Shown here: positions 1-9,592 of the stretch, piece by piece
Numbering within the stretch: position 1 is the stretch's first letter
Layout: each line of letters begins with the position of its first letter
Assembly (NCBI GenBank): GCA_947259275.1
Contig: CAMYMH010000001.1
Coordinates: 108,287 to 172,286, forward strand
DNA: 64,000 nt
Reading direction: 5' to 3'
DNA from: an uncultured Acidimicrobiaceae bacterium
GTDB taxonomy: Bacteria; Actinomycetota; Acidimicrobiia; Spongiisociales; SHLN01
The notes under the pieces: generated by a model
Databases searched by the model: none
What the model saw: only the letters and a program-made list of their open reading frames with translations
What the model was told of the DNA's origin: nothing
Program-made: the position numbers and the translations under genes

Positions 1-590
1 TCATTTTGGCTGAAGCGCTGGCGATTCCCGGCCTCATCAACCCCGAGGACTACATGGGCCGGGGCGGGGTGATGGCCTTGCTCGGGATGGCGCTGTTGGT
101 CGCCGACGTTCTCCTCCCCGTTCCATCAAGCGTGGTGATGGTGGCACACGGTGCCCTGTTCGGGTTCGTGTTGGGTGCGGCCGCCTCACTGCTGGGAGCG
201 GTGGGAGCAGCTGTGGCCGGGTACGGCATCGGGCGTCGTGGGGGCCCGATGATGGCGCGGCTGCTGGATCCGAGGTTGGTGGCGCGTTCCGGGGGCATGG
301 TCCGAAGCTGGGGAGAGTTAGCCATCATTGCCACCCGGCCGGTGCCGATTCTGGCCGAGACCACCGCCATCCTGGCCGGGGCGGGAGGACTCGGGTGGAC
401 GAGATTGTTGCGGGGCGCCGCGCTCGGGTCGGTGCCACCGGCGCTCCTGTACGCGTGGGCGGGTGCCAGCGCGGCCGATGTGGGTGGCGGGTTGGTGGTG
501 TTTGCGCTGGTGTCGGCGGTGGCCGTCGCCACCTGGCTGGTGGGCCGTATGGTTGGGATGTCGGACGCCGCGGCCCCGGTCGAGCGCTAG
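1..590 (+). CDS. DedA/VTT (TVP38/TMEM64)-family membrane protein, probably 5'-truncated by window edge
   Basis: ORF 6..590 is open back to nt 1. Gly/Ala-rich multi-TM protein with a DedA-like 'GxxxGxxxG...R' core. No start codon context visible. Confidence 0.45.
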   Translation, partial: ILAEALAIPGLINPEDYMGRGGVMALLGMALLVADVLLPVPSSVVMVAHGALFGFVLGAAASLLGAVGAAVAGYGIGRRGGPMMARLLDPRLVARSGGMVRSWGELAIIATRPVPILAETTAILAGAGGLGWTRLLRGAALGSVPPALLYAWAGASAADVGGGLVVFALVSAVAVATWLVGRMVGMSDAAAPVER

Positions 591-831
591 CCCGATCGCA
601 TCGAGCGATGAGCCGGGACGGACAGGGTATGAAGCTGGTGGCTGATCTGGGCAACCGCGTGGGGTGAGTTGCCGGATGATCCGATTGCAGCTCGCCGCAT
701 CTGCCTCAGAGGCGTTTGATATCAGAACCGGGCCCGGTTCCTTGCCTCGGAGGCCGATCAGCCCGCACCCGACCCTCAAGCTGGTGCCGATCCTGCCGAT
801 GGAGGGTGATCCCTAATCCGCGAGTCACAGT

Positions 832-3800
832 TTGTTCGTCGACGCCCAAGTTCATATCAGACGCATTCTTGGTGCCCTCGCGCTCATAGCGGTGTTGCTG
901 CCAACGCCGGCCAACGCCGGTAACAGCCCCGGCGGGGATGCCGCCGGGGCCTGGCCTGGCACATTCTCCGAGTACACGATGGCCGACGGCAGCAGCATCG
1001 TGGATGTCCAGGACAACAACCCCGACTACTCCGACATCTGGGGAGGCAGCGCCGATGCGTTGCCGAGCACCTTCTTCGGCAGCGACGGCACCAACATCTT
1101 TTTCCGCATCCGGGTCCGCGGCAACCCGGAGAAGAATGGTGGGCTCCAATCGACGGTGTTCCTGGTTTCGATCGCCGTCGGTGGCACCCAGGCCGCCGTG
1201 GTTGGATTGAACGGAAAGCCATCGTCGGTCGATTTCGTCTACACGGGCAACGCCGACGGAAGTGTGACCGGTCAGGTCTATACGACACCGTTCACCAACG
1301 ACGGTTCCGGCACCAGCGCAGGTGCCCGCTGGTCGACCGCCCCGGACGAGGGCTACTTCGTCGATTTCCAGGTCCCGATCTCGGCCATCACCGCGCTGGC
1401 GCCATCGGTTACCCCGTCCACTCCCGTCCAGCTGTTCTTCGGGACCTCGCAGGCGGCAAACCTGTCGGTGATCAACAAGGACTTCATGATCGGCTCAGAC
1501 GTCAGCTACGTGGGCTTGTCGACCGTCACCCTCTCAGGTGCGCCGGCCGGTGTCGCCCCCACCGCCCAAGACGACACCGCCACCGTGGACCAGGACGGGT
1601 CGGTGCTGGTCGATGTTGACGCCAATGACGTTGATCTCGACGGCGACCTGGACCCGGCTTCGGCTGCCGTCGGCACTCCGCCCGCCAACGGCAGCCTGGC
1701 GAACAACGGCAACGGCACATTCACCTACACGCCGGACCCGGGATACCGCGGTCCCGACTCTTTCACCTACACGATCTGCGACTCGATCGGACTGTGCGAC
1801 TCGGCCACCGCATCGGTCACCGTGCAACCAGGCGGTGCTCCGCCGGTCGCCAACGCCGACCTCGCACGGCTAGCCGAGGATGGCTCGGCGGTCATCGACG
1901 TGGCGGCTAACGACGTCGATCCCGACGGCGACCTGGACCCCACATCGGCTGCGGTGGCCACCCCGCCCGTCAACGGCAACCTGGCGAGCAACGGCGACGG
2001 CACGTTCACGTACACGCCGGACGCCGACTACAACGGTGCAGACTCGTTCACGTACTCGGTCTGTGACCTGGGCGGACGGTGTGACTCGGCCACGGTCACT
2101 CTCACCGTCGACCCGGTCAACGATCCGCCGGTGGCGGTGGCCGATACCCCAACCGTGCTCGAAGATGGATCGGTCGTGATCAACGCCGCCGCCAACGACA
2201 CGGACGTAGACGGGGACCTGAATCCGACGACGGCCGTGATTGCCGTCCCGCCCGCCCGCGGAACCGTCGCCGCCAATGGGGACGGGACCTTCACCTATAC
2301 CCCCGATCCGGACTTCAGCGGGACCGACTCGTTCACCTACACGATCTGCGACTCGAGCGGGTTGTGCGATTCCGCCACCGTCACCGTCACGGTCGACCCG
2401 GTCAACGATGACCCCACCGCCGCCCCCGACACCTTCACGTTCCCCGAGGACACCTCGCCAACGCTCGACGTCTTGGCCAACGACGGGGATCTCGATGGGG
2501 ATCCGCTCACCATTACCGGCTTCGACGCACTCAGCGTCGCCGGAGGAGTCGTCTCGTGCTCGGCGGCATCCTGCACCTACACGCCGCCGCCCGATTATTC
2601 GGGGCCGGACTCGTTCACCTACACCATCGATGACGGCAACGGCGGCATCGGCATCGCGACCGTCACGCTGAACGTCGTCGGGGTCAACGACGGGCCCGGG
2701 ATCAACGACGATCCGGTGACGGTGAATGAAGACACTCCACTGATCGTCGCCGTCCTGGCCAACGACACCGATCCGGAAGGAGACACCCTCAGCATCGACT
2801 TCTTCAGCCAGCCTCCCAACGGAACGGTCACCGACAACGGAGACGGCACCCTCACCTACACGCCGGATCCCGATTTCAGCGGTATCAACTCCTTCACCTA
2901 TCGGGCCTGCGACGACGGGACTCCAGCTTTGTGCGATGAGGCCGTGGTCACCGCCACCGTTGGTCCGGTCAACGATGCTCCGGTGGCCGGGGCCGACTCG
3001 GCGGCCACCGACGAGGACGTGCCGGTGGTCTTCGATGTCCTGGCCAACGACTTCGACCAGGAAGGTTCTGCACTGGCGATTTCGACCTACGACGTGGCGT
3101 CGACTGCCGGTGGAACGGTGGCCTGCACCCCGGCGGGCTCCTGCACGTACACGCCCCCACCGTTGTACTCAGGAAGTGACTCGTTCACCTATACGGTCGC
3201 CGACGGCAGCGGCGGAACCGACACAACCACGGTGACGATCGCCATCGGCCCCGTCAACAATCGCCCGGCAGCCGGCGCCGATGGCGCGTCTGTCACCGAA
3301 GACACGCCAACCACCTTCATCGGCGCCACCCTGCTGGTTAACGATTCCGACCCCGACTTCGACCCTCTGACCATCACCGCCGTTGCGGACGGTGCCCACG
3401 GCACGGCCGTTGTTGTCGGCGGCGACATCGTCTACACGCCTGCTCCCGACTACAGCGGTGGCGACACGCTCATCTACACCGTGTGCGATCCGGGCGGGTT
3501 GTGCGATACGGCCCAGATCACGGTCACGGTCGACCCGGTGAATGACGATCCGGTTGCGAAAGAGGACACCGCCACCACCGACGAGGATGTGCCGGTCACG
3601 GTGTCGGTTCTGGCCAACGACTCCGACGTCGAAGGCAACGCCTTGACCGTCACGCTGATCCCCACCACTCCGGCATCTGGCACCGCGGTAATCAACGGGG
3701 ACAACACCATCACCTACACGCCGGCGCTCGACTTCTTCGGTGTAGATGAGTTCCAGTACGAGATCAGCGACGGCAACGGAGGGACTGCGACCGGCTGGGC

Positions 3801-4758
3801 GCGCTTCGTAACTGTCAATCCGGTCAACGACGCTCCGGTAGCCGGCCCCGATACGGGCGCCGTCGACGAAGACTCTGCGGTGACCGTCGACGTGCTGGTC
3901 AACGATGCCGACGTCGACGACGTGGTCCTCACCATTGCTTCGCTCGGAAGCGCTGCCAATGGGACCATCTCTGACAACGGCGACGGCACAGTCACCTACA
4001 CGCCCGATTCCGATTACGCGGGGACGGACGCCTTCACCTACACCGTGTGCGACTCCGGCGGTTTGTGTGACAGCCAGACAGTCACCCTGACCGTCGATCC
4101 CCTCAATGATGCGCCGGTGGTGGTGGATGATCCGGTGGTGGTGGCGGAGGATGCGGTGGTGACGGTGGATGTGTTGGCGAATGACTCGGATGTGGATGGG
4201 GATGGTTTGTCGGTGTCGGGGGTGTCGTCGCCGTCGAATGGTTCGGTGGTGGTGAATCCGGATGGCACTTTGACCTATACCCCGGAGGCTGATTTCTTCG
4301 GGAGTGATTCGTTCACCTATACCGCCACCGACGGTACCGCCAGCGTGGTCGGTGCGGTCACCGTCACGGTGGCGCCGGTCAACGATCCGCCGACCGCGCC
4401 GGGAGTACAGGCGGTCGGAGCCGGCGTCGGGGAACCGCCGCCGCCCCTTCCGATCGGCGATCCGGAGGGTGGCGTGTTGACGGTCACCGTAATCGACGGA
4501 GACCTGCCTCCCGGCCTCACCCTCAACCCCGACGGCAGCTGGGCCGGCGAAGCCACCGAGCAGGGCACCTTCGCCTTCACTGTTGAAGTCTGTGATGAGG
4601 CGGGCGCATGCACGGTGTCGGTGCTGTCGATCTCGATTGCCCTCCTGCCGGCCACCGGGATCCCGGCGGTTCTTGTCTCCCGGTTGGGGCTGCTCCTTGT
4701 GCTGCTGGGTTGGACCGTCCTGCGCTGGGGCAATCGGCTCCTCCCCTCAACTGAATAG
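832..4758 (+). CDS. LPXTG cell-wall-anchored surface protein with ~10 tandem ~100-aa cadherin-like/tandem-95 (VCBS-type) repeats and a C-terminal 'putative Ig' (He_PIG-like) domain
   Basis: N-terminal signal peptide (MFVDAQVHIRRILGALALIAVLLPTPANAG). Repeated unit '...PVNDAPVAxxDxxxxxEDxxVxxDVLANDxDxDGDxLxxxxxxxPxNGTVxxNGDGTxTYTPDxDFxGxDSFTYTxCDxxGxCDxATVTxTV'. C-terminus has LPATG (nt 4645-4659), then a hydrophobic stretch and an R-rich tail, which is a sortase sorting signal. Confidence 0.8.
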   Translation: MFVDAQVHIRRILGALALIAVLLPTPANAGNSPGGDAAGAWPGTFSEYTMADGSSIVDVQDNNPDYSDIWGGSADALPSTFFGSDGTNIFFRIRVRGNPEKNGGLQSTVFLVSIAVGGTQAAVVGLNGKPSSVDFVYTGNADGSVTGQVYTTPFTNDGSGTSAGARWSTAPDEGYFVDFQVPISAITALAPSVTPSTPVQLFFGTSQAANLSVINKDFMIGSDVSYVGLSTVTLSGAPAGVAPTAQDDTATVDQDGSVLVDVDANDVDLDGDLDPASAAVGTPPANGSLANNGNGTFTYTPDPGYRGPDSFTYTICDSIGLCDSATASVTVQPGGAPPVANADLARLAEDGSAVIDVAANDVDPDGDLDPTSAAVATPPVNGNLASNGDGTFTYTPDADYNGADSFTYSVCDLGGRCDSATVTLTVDPVNDPPVAVADTPTVLEDGSVVINAAANDTDVDGDLNPTTAVIAVPPARGTVAANGDGTFTYTPDPDFSGTDSFTYTICDSSGLCDSATVTVTVDPVNDDPTAAPDTFTFPEDTSPTLDVLANDGDLDGDPLTITGFDALSVAGGVVSCSAASCTYTPPPDYSGPDSFTYTIDDGNGGIGIATVTLNVVGVNDGPGINDDPVTVNEDTPLIVAVLANDTDPEGDTLSIDFFSQPPNGTVTDNGDGTLTYTPDPDFSGINSFTYRACDDGTPALCDEAVVTATVGPVNDAPVAGADSAATDEDVPVVFDVLANDFDQEGSALAISTYDVASTAGGTVACTPAGSCTYTPPPLYSGSDSFTYTVADGSGGTDTTTVTIAIGPVNNRPAAGADGASVTEDTPTTFIGATLLVNDSDPDFDPLTITAVADGAHGTAVVVGGDIVYTPAPDYSGGDTLIYTVCDPGGLCDTAQITVTVDPVNDDPVAKEDTATTDEDVPVTVSVLANDSDVEGNALTVTLIPTTPASGTAVINGDNTITYTPALDFFGVDEFQYEISDGNGGTATGWARFVTVNPVNDAPVAGPDTGAVDEDSAVTVDVLVNDADVDDVVLTIASLGSAANGTISDNGDGTVTYTPDSDYAGTDAFTYTVCDSGGLCDSQTVTLTVDPLNDAPVVVDDPVVVAEDAVVTVDVLANDSDVDGDGLSVSGVSSPSNGSVVVNPDGTLTYTPEADFFGSDSFTYTATDGTASVVGAVTVTVAPVNDPPTAPGVQAVGAGVGEPPPPLPIGDPEGGVLTVTVIDGDLPPGLTLNPDGSWAGEATEQGTFAFTVEVCDEAGACTVSVLSISIALLPATGIPAVLVSRLGLLLVLLGWTVLRWGNRLLPSTE
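1560..4390 (+). repeat. In-frame tandem array of ~300-bp coding repeats (about 9-10 copies) inside the surface protein gene
   Basis: Each ~100-aa unit has the conserved TYTP...DSFTY...CDxxGxCD core. The nucleotide-level similarity is visible by eye. Confidence 0.7.
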
Positions 4759-5488
4759 GCCGGCTAACCGCCTTCTCCCGCGTCGAGCATTCATTGCCAT
4801 GCCGGCAAATCGCTGACTGGAGAGAGAACATCTTCGATCTCGACGCCCGGGACGAGTTCTGGTCCCGGCCAATCCAACTACCTCTGCGGCCCCGGGCGCC
4901 TACCGCTCGGGTGGCGGCACATCTGCCCGGGCCGAGTTGCGATGGAAAGCGGAACTCTGAGGTGAGGGACGTTGATGGGTCGGTCCGAACTCAGTTGTCG
5001 GGTGTTCTCGAAACCTCGAGAACTTCGAAACAAGATCGCGCCTCCGAACGTCATATGCCTACCAACGAGCGACGCTCCCGGAAGGAAGCCAAGCTGCCCA
5101 ACCGGTGGCGGCGCTCCGGATGAGACATGAAACCGCCGCCTCGGCGCTAGTTCTGGGAGGAACTTTGACCATCCTCGACGCCGACGGCTATGTCGCTCGG
5201 ATCATCCAGCAATACGTTCCGTAGGCGTTACCCCGGAACAGGGCCGGGTCCGCCCGGCCCATGTGTCCGCCCGGATGGCATTGGTATCCGTGGTCGAGTC
5301 CGTGCGGGGTGGTTAGTTCGCTTCTGGATGCTTGAACCCGGTCCGCTCCTTCGGAGTCGTTCGGGTAGTCGATTGATGAGAACTCCGCAGGTCCCGGCAG
5401 AGACTTCATTCGCTACCGCAAGGGAATCCAGCGGGCGAGAAACTCGCCTGGCGGGATATGCGCATGGTGGAGCGCTGGTGGACGCGGC

Positions 5489-6562
5489 ATGATTGTGTCC
5501 GTGAGATCGAGAGCAATGGCATGGACCTTGGCCGGCATGGCGGTGCTGGCGGCGGTGGTGGCCCTGGTTGTCGCAGCTGGCGGCGGGGGAGACGACGCCG
5601 GCGATGGCGCGGAGCCGGAGGTACTGGCCGCGACCCAGACCTCCGTGACCGAGGTCCCACTGCCGGACCCTGCACCCGGGTCGGCTACCGTGCCTCCGCC
5701 TCCCGTAAGCACCACGACCACCACGGCACCGCCGGCGACCACGACCACGACGACCACGGCAACCACTGCGCCGCCGGTGACGACGACCACGACCACCACG
5801 ACACTGCCGGTGACGACGACCACCGCGTCGGTTCCTCCGGTCTCACCGTCGAGTGGGTACACCCCGGTACTCAAGCCCGCGACCGGGCCCGGCAGGGTTG
5901 CCCCGGGCGGCGTTCTCACCAAGCACCTGGCGGCGGACATCGCCATCGCCTTCGGCTTCGACACGGCCGAGGTGGTGGCGGCCATCGCCGCAGTCGAGCT
6001 GCCGCCTGAAGCCGGCGGCAACCCGGAGGGATGGCTGGCGCCCGGCACCTATGAACCGGCCGACGGCGCCGGCGCGGCGGAAACCGTGCAGGCGATGGTG
6101 GATCGCCGGGTGGCCCAACTCGAGGCGCGCCAAATCTCCCGGGATCAGTGGCACCGGGTGCTGACCGCCGCCTCGGTGATCGAGAAGGAGACGTACAACC
6201 AGAACGAGAAGCCCCGCGTGGCACGGGTGCTCGCCAACCGGCTGGCCGGCGGCGGGCCCCTGCAGATGGATTCGATCATCCTCTATCCGGTGCCGGAGGA
6301 CCGGATCTTCACCACCAGGGAGGAACGGGCCTCGGACCAGCCCTACAACTCGTACCGGCATAACGGTCTGCCGCCCACGCCGATCTGTTCCCCCGACGAG
6401 GCGTCCCTCGACGCGTTCCTGGCCCCGCCGCCGGGCAACTGGTGGTTCTACGTGACCATCGACCTGCACTCGGGCGAGACTCGCTTTGCCGTCACCTTCG
6501 AGGAGCACCAGGCCAACGTCGAGCTGCTCCGCGCCTGGCTGACCGACCACCCCACCCCGTAG
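5489..6562 (+). CDS. mltG: Endolytic murein transglycosylase MltG (YceG family) with N-terminal TM anchor and Pro/Thr-rich linker
   Basis: N-terminal TM segment, low-complexity T/P linker (nt ~5700-5830), then a YceG-like domain (…RVLANRL…LQMDSIILY…NSYRHNGLPPTPICSP…). Confidence 0.75.
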   Translation: MIVSVRSRAMAWTLAGMAVLAAVVALVVAAGGGGDDAGDGAEPEVLAATQTSVTEVPLPDPAPGSATVPPPPVSTTTTTAPPATTTTTTTATTAPPVTTTTTTTTLPVTTTTASVPPVSPSSGYTPVLKPATGPGRVAPGGVLTKHLAADIAIAFGFDTAEVVAAIAAVELPPEAGGNPEGWLAPGTYEPADGAGAAETVQAMVDRRVAQLEARQISRDQWHRVLTAASVIEKETYNQNEKPRVARVLANRLAGGGPLQMDSIILYPVPEDRIFTTREERASDQPYNSYRHNGLPPTPICSPDEASLDAFLAPPPGNWWFYVTIDLHSGETRFAVTFEEHQANVELLRAWLTDHPTP

Positions 6563-6701
6563 CCGGCGTCGGATCAGCCCGGGCTGGCGCAGGACGACGG
6601 GTCGATGCCCTGAATACCCGGGGAGGGTCGGCAGCGTTAGCCGGAGCCGACGGGGATTGATTGGTGAGGTCGGGAACCTTCGACCCTCCGCCCCGGAGGC
6701 C

Positions 6702-7343
6702 TCACGGAGGAGTGAGCCCGTCGAGCCCGAGCGATTGTGCGAGCTCGTACACATAGCGGCGGTGCGCCGGGCGGTTGGTGCAGCTGTCGTAATAGGAGCG
6801 CAGCACCTCGTCGGCATCGTCAATCCGCTCGAGTCGGCGGAGGATCATCACCACCGGGAGGTCGGTCGGGGTCGGGAGTGCCTCTCGTCCTCCCGCCTGG
6901 AACAGGTCGAGTATTGCCGCCCGAGTTCCCCGCCGGGACAGCCAATCGAGTCCCGGTCCCAGCAACACTGATGACACGCGGTCGGCCGAGGAGGGTTCGT
7001 CGAGTGACCACCAGACATCCTCGGCGCGATCCATGAAGTGTCCGAGACGGACGCGGAGCTGGCAGTCATAGTCGTTGAGGAACCCCGGGAATACCTCGCC
7101 GGAGGGCGCCATCTGCTCCCAGGCTTCCTCAACAGCCACCCCCAGATTCACGGTGAAGAGCCCGTATAGGTCGAGCCGGAACGGGGGGATCGGTTCCGCG
7201 CCGGGCGGCTCCTTCGGTCCCATCTGGAAATTGACGACCTGGACTACTCCGTCTTCGACCGATCGATTGAACGTGTGGCGGCGCTTCCGGAAACCAGCGG
7301 TCTTCAGCTCCGGATGGATTTGCCGCACGATTTTTGCCATTTC
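6702..7343 (-). CDS. Hypothetical protein (possibly DUF4304-like); start taken at internal MAKIVRQ… of longer ORF 6702..7505
   Basis: Conserved-looking core 'FRKRRHTFNR…VVQVVNFQ…FTVNLGV'. The N-terminal 55 codons of the long ORF overlap another possible ORF in a different frame. Confidence 0.4.
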   Translation of the reverse strand, partial: EMAKIVRQIHPELKTAGFRKRRHTFNRSVEDGVVQVVNFQMGPKEPPGAEPIPPFRLDLYGLFTVNLGVAVEEAWEQMAPSGEVFPGFLNDYDCQLRVRLGHFMDRAEDVWWSLDEPSSADRVSSVLLGPGLDWLSRRGTRAAILDLFQAGGREALPTPTDLPVVMILRRLERIDDADEVLRSYYDSCTNRPAHRRYVYELAQSLGLDGLTPP

Positions 7344-7353
7344 GTCCGCGTAC

Positions 7354-7743
7354 TCAGTCACCGCCGATCTCCATGTGTTGGGTACTTCGCCGGCCAGAGG
7401 CCGACACACGGTGAGGGTACGACGTTTCGGCCACCGTCGAGTCCCGCCCCCCGTCTCCTGCGATCCACTCACGTTCACCGCGGCTCTTTGCGCCGCCGGT
7501 TTCACCGGGGCGGCCGTAACTGTCGTTCGCCTCTATCCACCAGTAATTGCGTGGTACGAGTGACGGGGTGCCGCGGGTAGGGGCGGCACCCCGCTTCACC
7601 GTCGAAACGGCGGCCCACCCGTTGGGAGACTCCAACCAGGCAACTCCTGGCTTCCACCCGTCCGGGATGCCGGCCGGCTCTGACGGGCCGAGCTCCTTGG
7701 TCCATACGGGAGTGGCCTCGTAATACTTCGCCGTTCGTCGCAT
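7354..7743 (-). CDS. Small hypothetical ORF upstream of and co-directional with the 6702..7343 gene
   Basis: High-GC3 ORF (MRRTAKYYEATPVWTKELGP…YWWIEANDSYGRPGETGG…). Its stop lies 10 nt before the downstream start. I see no recognisable family. Confidence 0.2.
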   Translation of the reverse strand: MRRTAKYYEATPVWTKELGPSEPAGIPDGWKPGVAWLESPNGWAAVSTVKRGAAPTRGTPSLVPRNYWWIEANDSYGRPGETGGAKSRGEREWIAGDGGRDSTVAETSYPHRVSASGRRSTQHMEIGGD

Positions 7744-7928
7744 CAAATTGCAGAGGGTATTGGCCCCACAACATTGCAGGGAGAAACTCCGTGAGGGAGT
7801 TGCCATCAGACCCGCCTGAGCCTCGCGTAGTTGGCGGCCCGGCCCGGAATCTCACCGCGACTGTCAAGGGTTGGGGGACAGCTGGTTTGATCCACGCTTT
7901 GCCCAAGGACTCAACAACTCCAGCGAGA

Positions 7929-8399
7929 TCACATCAAGGCCAGTTCGGTCGAGATGTCGATGGCGTCCCGGATGCTGCGCGCCACCGGACAGGAATCGGC
8001 GTGCACGCGGTGGGCCCGCTCGACCTTCTCGCGGTCTTCGGCGGTTTCTACCCCCCGCAGTGTGTAGGACACGTGGATCCGCTTGACCACCAGGACCTTG
8101 CCCTCCTTTTCGATCTCACCCACGGTCTCTGATGTCAGGTTCCCGTTGCTTGCGTTGATGCCACGCGCCTCCAGCGCGCCTCCCAGGGTGCCGGTCAGTC
8201 AACCGCCGGCGGCGGCAACCAGGTAATCGATGGTGGTGGCGTCCGGGGGGAAGTCATCCGGGTCGACTCCGTAGTGCTCGGCGATCTCGCTGTGCACCCC
8301 GAAGGTGATGTGGGCGTCCTGGGTGGGAAGCCACGCTTTGCGCATCGGCCCCCGCACTCGCTCGATCTTCACCACCGACCGATACGCCACCTCTGACAT
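7929..8399 (-). CDS. OsmC/Ohr-family peroxiredoxin-like protein interrupted by an in-frame TGA exactly at the peroxidatic Cys position (selenocysteine candidate, or nonsense pseudogene)
   Basis: N-terminal part (ORF 8199..8663 from MSEVAYRSV…DYLVAAAGG) and C-terminal part (LTGTLGGALEARGI…HADSCPVARSIRDAIDISTELALM) are in the SAME frame. Only the TGA at 8199-8201 separates them. Family consensus at that spot is '…AGC(L/F)TxT…'. The second conserved Cys is present. Confidence 0.6.
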
Positions 8400-8520
8400 G
8401 CGACACCTCCTGACAGGAATGTAGCCGAGCCGGTTGGCGAAGCGCGCCCGCCGTAGACCACGCCGGTGGGAATGATCCAGCCCTCCCCTCTCCCGCTCAT
8501 GCGGGCAGCTACCCGAGAAT

Positions 8521-9585
8521 TCAACCTGGCGTCGAGAGCGGACCGGTAAGGGCAAGGACCAGCTCCTTGAGGAACCGGGCGGCGGGCGCTCCGTCGACGA
8601 AGGCGTGATCGAAGGTGAGCGACAACACCATTTGGTGACTGGCCACAACCGCCTCGGTGGCATCGAAGGCTGGGACTTTCCTCATCGCTCCCACACCGAG
8701 GATGGCAACCTGGGGCAGATTGATGATCGGGGTGAAGCCTTCAACACCGAGACTGCCGAGGTTCGTGACCGTGAAGGTTCCCCCCTGGTAGTCGGCGGTC
8801 GTGAGCGCCTTGGTCCGGGCTCTCTGCGCTAGCTCCTTGATACTGTCGGCGAGCTGGCTAATCGTGAGGGCATCGGCGTTGGCTATGACGGGAGCGACCA
8901 GACCGTCGTCGGTCTGAACCGCCACCGCCACGTTCACCGCCGCGGCCGGTGAGAAGTCATCGCCCGTCCGGGACCCGTTGAGTTCTGGATGATCGGCCAA
9001 GACCACCGCAGTGGCTTTGACGATCGCAGCCGAAATGTTGGTGGGGGGCTCCGGTCCGAAGTCGACGGTCGTAAACAGCGTCACCGGAGCCGTCTCGGCG
9101 TGGCTTTGCCGCATGTTGCGGGCGATCACCGCGCGTAGGCCCTGAAAACCAGTAGCAGTTCCGGCCTGCCCCCGCACGTCGTCCTCGGTGATTCGTCCGC
9201 CGGGACCGGACCCGGCGATGGCAGCGAGGTCGACGCCGAGCTCTCGACCCAGCCGCTTGGCCGCGGGTGAGGCCTTGACAGCCGGCCCCTGCTCAGGTGC
9301 GATCGCGGTGGTCGGCGCAGGCTCGGCGCCAGATCCGAGCGATTCGACGATCTGGCAGATCGGACTGGCTTGGGCAACCGGGTCGCCAATTGCGACCCGG
9401 TTGACAACATATCCACCGATCGGAGCGAACACCTCCGCCGCTACCTTCTCAGCCTGTACTTCGGCGATCAGCTGGTCCGGCTGGCAGGCCTGACCCTCGT
9501 CGACAAACCACGCCGTGATTACGGCATCCTCACCAGCTTCAGTGACGATCGGCATCGCCACATCGGTGGCCGCGTGCGTTGACAT
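8521..9585 (-). CDS. acoC: 2-oxo-acid/acetoin dehydrogenase E2 component (dihydrolipoamide acyltransferase; lipoyl domain + catalytic domain)
   Basis: Lipoyl domain (MPIVTEAGEDAVITAWFVDEGQ…) followed by an E2 catalytic domain (…SLTFDHAFVDGAPAARFL…). Start taken at MSTHAATDV, 7 nt after the E1β stop. Confidence 0.75.
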   Translation of the reverse strand: MSTHAATDVAMPIVTEAGEDAVITAWFVDEGQACQPDQLIAEVQAEKVAAEVFAPIGGYVVNRVAIGDPVAQASPICQIVESLGSGAEPAPTTAIAPEQGPAVKASPAAKRLGRELGVDLAAIAGSGPGGRITEDDVRGQAGTATGFQGLRAVIARNMRQSHAETAPVTLFTTVDFGPEPPTNISAAIVKATAVVLADHPELNGSRTGDDFSPAAAVNVAVAVQTDDGLVAPVIANADALTISQLADSIKELAQRARTKALTTADYQGGTFTVTNLGSLGVEGFTPIINLPQVAILGVGAMRKVPAFDATEAVVASHQMVLSLTFDHAFVDGAPAARFLKELVLALTGPLSTPG

Positions 9586-9592
9586 GTTTCGC

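Noticed and set aside
5160-5480. ydaO/c-di-AMP riboswitch or hammerhead-like motif (…TTGATGAG…) upstream of mltG
   Set aside because: I could not line up the conserved core elements. The 'UGAUGAG' lacks the CUGAUGA/GAAA hammerhead context. Left as a generic long-UTR observation.
5843-6823. 326-aa minus-strand ORF overlapping mltG, plus many other long overlapping ORFs (e.g. 14659..15723 -, 19551..20768 +, 41102..41959 -, 43568..44620 +, 54900..55286 -)
   Set aside because: Arg/Pro/Gly-rich translations with no family resemblance, lying opposite well-supported genes. Typical GC-rich shadow ORFs.
7791-8132. 113-aa + strand ORF over the OsmC locus
   Set aside because: Antisense to the OsmC-like gene. 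No recognisable family.
8163-8179. Treating the GC hairpin downstream of the OsmC UGA as a definite SECIS
   Set aside because: 6-bp GC stems arise by chance constantly at this GC content. Kept only as weak supporting evidence inside the selenoprotein finding.
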